Below, in pieces: positions 59,735 through 64,000 of a DNA stretch of 64,000 nucleotides. Under the pieces are notes generated by a model that had not been told where the DNA came from, made no database searches, and saw nothing but the letters and a program-made list of their open reading frames with translations. The translations under genes were made by a program, and so were the position numbers. The DNA comes from the human T2T-CHM13v2.0 reference genome, Homo sapiens, in the NCBI RefSeq assembly GCF_009914755.1, contig NC_060947.1. One strand, written 5' to 3'. Positions within the stretch are counted from its first letter, which is position 1; the number at the start of each line of letters is the position of its first letter.

Positions 59735-60609
59735 GGACAACGCCCTTTTTATCCCACCAGAACCTGTTTTAGCCTGATGGGATTCATTTACAAAAGAGAC
59801 AAAACACATATCTAAATCTCGGTTTCTATGTTCTCTAAAGACAAGCTTTCTGTATCTGTTCAGCTTTCATGAAGCTTCCTAAGTCCTCATTCCACACATT
59901 TACCGCAAACACCATTACCACAAAAGGCTTTGACAGAAGCCATTTAGTTAAAGTGTAATTTCAGCTGCCAAAAATACAATGCAAACTACCCTGGCCAACT
60001 TCTCATTCCTAGGGATGATGATCCTCCCCCAGCTTTCCTATAGTGAGGTGTCAGACTGACCCTTGCCTCAGCAGGCTGAATGGAGAATAGACGGTAGATA
60101 TCAGTAATGGATCAGTTCCTCTCCTCAGAATGCCTGATCTATAAGGAAAATGAATTACTGGGTTTTAGTTCACTCAAAATAACCAATTATGGATCAGTCT
60201 TTGATTCTGACTTTACAGATGCACAAATCCTATTGTCTAAGGCCTTAGCAGGACACTGTCATGTTTCAGGTCCGGATATGCAAAGGGAGCTCTGCATAGA
60301 TTAGCCAAATGTCCATTTATTTACTTACATGGCAGAATTCAAATGATACGTCTTCCAAAACAATATGCCCTAGTCAGTCTCCTTCTCAAACACATACTTC
60401 ACAGTTACTAGAGCAGTGTTCTTAGTAGAGCTGCAAAGCAAGAAAAGTTTCTCTACTGGTTTATTGCATCCAACATGTAAGTACCCTGTCACCATACCAG
60501 AGCATTCAAGGTGCTTCTACTGTCCTGCTGTGATGTCCTACTTGGACTCCAGGCAATGCCTTTAGCCCAGCACTCTCCCTGTCTCATGTCACAGCCCAAT
60601 ATCCTTTAC

Positions 60610-60890
60610 TATTTTATTTAATCCAGTAAATACATATTGAGCAGTTACTCTGGGGAAGCTTGGATGTTGCCCACTATTTGCCCCTCCAGGGAGGAAAATG
60701 TTTTAGAATCTTAGGCAAGATGTGCAACTGGAAAGACAGGCAAAAATCATATTGTGAAGAGCTTTGAATACTAATATTTGAAAGTGCTTGGACTTTACCA
60801 TTCAGCTGGTGGGCTTCTATGGGAGGTTTTAATATAGGAAAATAACTGTAAGATTTAGAAAAATCACACTGAAGACAGTGTGGAGGACAT
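60610..60890 (-). mobile_element. L2 fragments
   Basis: taaatacatattgagcagttactctg...gatttagaaaaatcacactgaagacagtgtggagga. Confidence 0.55.
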
Positions 60891-60893
60891 GGA

Positions 60894-61423
60894 TCTGGTG
60901 ATTAATACTGAGTAGGGATGCAAAGTACTGTTCCTGGGTATGTCTGTGAGGGTGTTGCCAAAGGAGATTAATATTTGAGTCAGTGGACTGGGAGAAAGAG
61001 ACTCATCCTCAATCTGGGTGGGTACCATCTAATCAGCTGCCAGCATGGCTAGGATAAAAGCAGGCAGAGGAACATGGAAGGACTAGATTGGCTGAGTCTT
61101 CTGGCCTCTATCTTTCTCCCATGCTGGATGCTTCCTATCCCCAAACATCAGACTCCAAGTTCTTCAGCTTATATACTCTTGGACTTACACCAGTGATTTG
61201 TAGGGGATCTTGGGCCTTTGGACACAGACTGAAGGCTGCACTACTGGCTTCCCTATTTTTGAGGTTTCAGGACTCAGACTGGCTTCCTGGCTCCTCAGCT
61301 TGCAGACAGCCTACTGTGGGACTTCCCCTTGTGATCGTGTGAGTCAATTCTCCTAATAAACTCCCTGTCATATATACATCTATCCTATTAGTTCTGTCCC
61401 TCTAGAGAACACTGACTAATACA
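60894..61423 (+). mobile_element. Solo MLT2A2-like LTR
   Basis: Homologous to the HERV-L LTRs with an extra internal block (ccagtgatttg...cagactgaaggctgcact). Ends ctaataca. TSD ATGGA/ATGGG. Confidence 0.9.
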
Positions 61424-62187
61424 ATGGGTGACATTCAGTATGATCATTACAAAGAGCGTAGTCAAGGACCAAAGCCAGGGTTCCTGGAGAAGTAGAATCA
61501 ATGTTCAAACTCATGCCAAATCTAAGATCCAGGCCATGGACTGGAAAACAGAGAAACTATCACAGAATCATTCAAAAAAGATATCATTCACTAACCTAAA
61601 GTGACCTCTGGCCTCACTTTCTAGTAAGGGCAGTTCAAGCAAAGAGTTCAGATCTTTGGTGTGGCTTCATTAGGCACTCTTAGTGAATCAATGAGGGCTT
61701 TATTTTTACTTATTAGGTGAGAAAATGGAATAAAGGAAATGAAAAGAAAATAAAATGGACAAATTTGAAGCAGTTTGACAGACAGGAACACATTTGAGAA
61801 CAACTTCTACTCATATAATCATCCCAATCACTCTTGCTCCCTGAACCTACAAGGAGGTACCTTGGTATTATTGTCCAGTGGGACGTTCCTAGAAAAATTA
61901 CCACAGATTTTAGAGCTGTCATGTTTTAATTATTTCTCAATTACTCTTTCTTTATACAAAGTGAAAGAGGGCAACCATCCTGAGTAAGGCTTATCATAAA
62001 TACATCTTTATATCTACGTATTTCAGCAAATAAGGAACATATGGAACCACTCAAATTTGACAATCACAACTTATGATGTATCCCAGAGGATAGAGTTGTA
62101 GTCATAGGTGTTGCAATGATCTTGTGCTACTGTTTTCCTTTGTATGTAGTGTCTGGGTCAGTCATAAATGTGAGAAGTTTAGGTATT

Positions 62188-62605
62188 TGAGTTAGTTTGC
62201 TAGGGCTGAAGTAACAAAGTATGGCACTCTGGATGGCTTAACAACAAATTTGTTGCCTTATAGTTCTGAAGGCTAGAAGTCCAAGATAAAACTGTTAACT
62301 GTATTGATTCCTTCTATGGACTGAAAGTGAAAATCTGCTTAATGCCTATCTCCTGGCTCTTAGTGTTATGCTGGCAATCTTTGATGCTCCTTGGTTTGCA
62401 GATGCATCACCCCAATCTCTGCTTCATAGGCACATGGCTAAGATCTTCATATGTGTCTGTTTGTCTCCATGTCCAAATTTCCCTTTTTCATAAGAACACA
62501 ATCACATTGGATTAGTATACACCCTAATGACCTCATCTCAACTTCCTCACCTGCAAAGATTGTGTTTCCAAATAAGGTCACATTCACAGTTACTGAGCAT
62601 TAGAA
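62188..62605 (-). mobile_element. MLT1 (B/C-like) solo LTR
   Basis: gttagtttgctagggctg..gtaacaaagt...ggctagaagtccaagat...ccaaataaggtcacattc...gggggacacaattcaacccataac. Confidence 0.85.
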
Positions 62606-63184
62606 CTTAAGCATCTCTCAGGGGGACACAATTCAACCCATAACGGATTTCTCCTAGGTTAGTATTGTTACTCAGGCGCATGTGATTAAAGGATAGGCCA
62701 GAGTCCAGGTTGACTCACTGAGTCAGATGAAGAAACGGCATCTATGCATGAGAAAAAAAAAAGCCATGCATTGTTTATTCTACAATCAAGCATATAATTA
62801 TTTTCATAATGAATATAAATCTGAAGTAGGTCCAGAATTTAGAGATAGTACATATAAAAGGACAAAACAACCCAAAGACCATAAGAAATTCTAACTCAGT
62901 CTTATTTCACGATACAAACATGTCTCCATTCTTGTAACCAGTGGAAATACAAGCAGCAATGACACAAAAGTGAAATCTAGTAGCCTAGATCAGAGATTAC
63001 TGAAAAATGGAGATTTGGGTCTAGCCAATTAAATGTGATGTGATCCTGAAAGAGAGGCTGCTTTTTGGTGCTTTGATGTTCATTTAAGATTCACTTTACA
63101 TACACACAGGCATACACACACACACACATATAAATGCATATAATACACATATATACTTATGGGAAACATACAGGAGACAGAATT

Positions 63185-63430
63185 GCATAGTGGGTTAGCA
63201 CAAGGACTCTGTAGCCATATGGTCTCGGTTTCAATCCAGGCTACAATACTTCCTTGTTGTGTAACCTTAGGCAATTCACTTAACATCCTTGTGCCTTGTT
63301 TTCCTTCCTTGTAAAATGGGTATAATTGTAGTACCTTTATCTTGGAGTTTTAATGAGGATTAAGTAACTTAATATATGTAAAGAGCTTATAAAATTCATA
63401 GTATGCAGCAATAATTCAATAAATGTTTAC
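63185..63430 (+). mobile_element. MIR
   Basis: gtttcaatccaggct...tgtgtaaccttaggcaattcacttaac...gtaaaatgggtataat...gaggattaagt. Confidence 0.8.
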
Positions 63431-64000
63431 AGTTGCACATAAATATGTAAAATACATAGATTCATATAAACACATATGTAGTAGAGCCTTGATATTCCCA
63501 AAGTATATGTCCAGAGACTTCCACATATAAGAAATTTATTAACAGCTGCATTATATATTTTATAAACAGTTACAAAATAAAACTTTAGACATTTTATGAT
63601 TCCATGACAACAGGGAAATAATTGGTTATAAAGCTAGAAAATATATTTGGCCACTAAAATAATATTTATACTGTATAATTTTGTAGTATTAACTGATAAC
63701 TTACATAAACCTTCAAACCCGAACCAAAGGTGGTGAGGAAGATCAGCTCATGTAGTAATCTGGGATTCATGAACAGTAAAAGAAATGCAAATACAAGCTC
63801 ATGTGTGCCATTCCACTAGAAACAAATATTCCACTTGAAATTAGGTAGCAAAATATCCTTCACCTTTTTATTAGGCTGTCCCATGATTCAGTAAATGCAC
63901 AGATGACCACCTAGTACATAAATATATCTTTTGGAAGCAATCAGAGGGCTTTTTCTTTCCACCGTCCCAATATTAATATTTTTTTTCTGCCTATATCCAG

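Overview
Human (hominid) non-coding genomic DNA, rich in repeats and AT. A human-specific-type AluYb8 argues for Homo. No intact protein-coding gene, RNA gene or CRISPR array is supportable. Nearly all ORFs in the track are decayed HERV-L, L1 or MaLR fragments, pseudogene fragments, or low-complexity artefacts. Main content: a near-complete HERV-L provirus (MLT2A LTRs, gag-pro-pol-dUTPase, 5-bp TSD) inserted into the 3' end of a 5'-inverted L1PB; a 3'-truncated processed pseudogene of RUVBL2; a 3.4-kb L1PA joined to an older L1M; two two-LTR MaLR proviruses (THE1-type); two solo MLT2A LTRs, MER31 and MLT1 LTRs; five Alus; many MIR/L2 relics; and a ~3.4-kb almost pure AT tract. The most unusual signal is a recurrent class of short locally templated insertions (31-264 bp, copied from 0.7-7.5 kb away) at four separate damage or deletion junctions, plus a 72-nt near-perfect hairpin. 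These look like fossil break-repair scars. I do not see evidence for a new gene system. Repeat subfamily names come from recalled consensus sequences and need RepeatMasker/Dfam confirmation; mismatch counts were made by eye.
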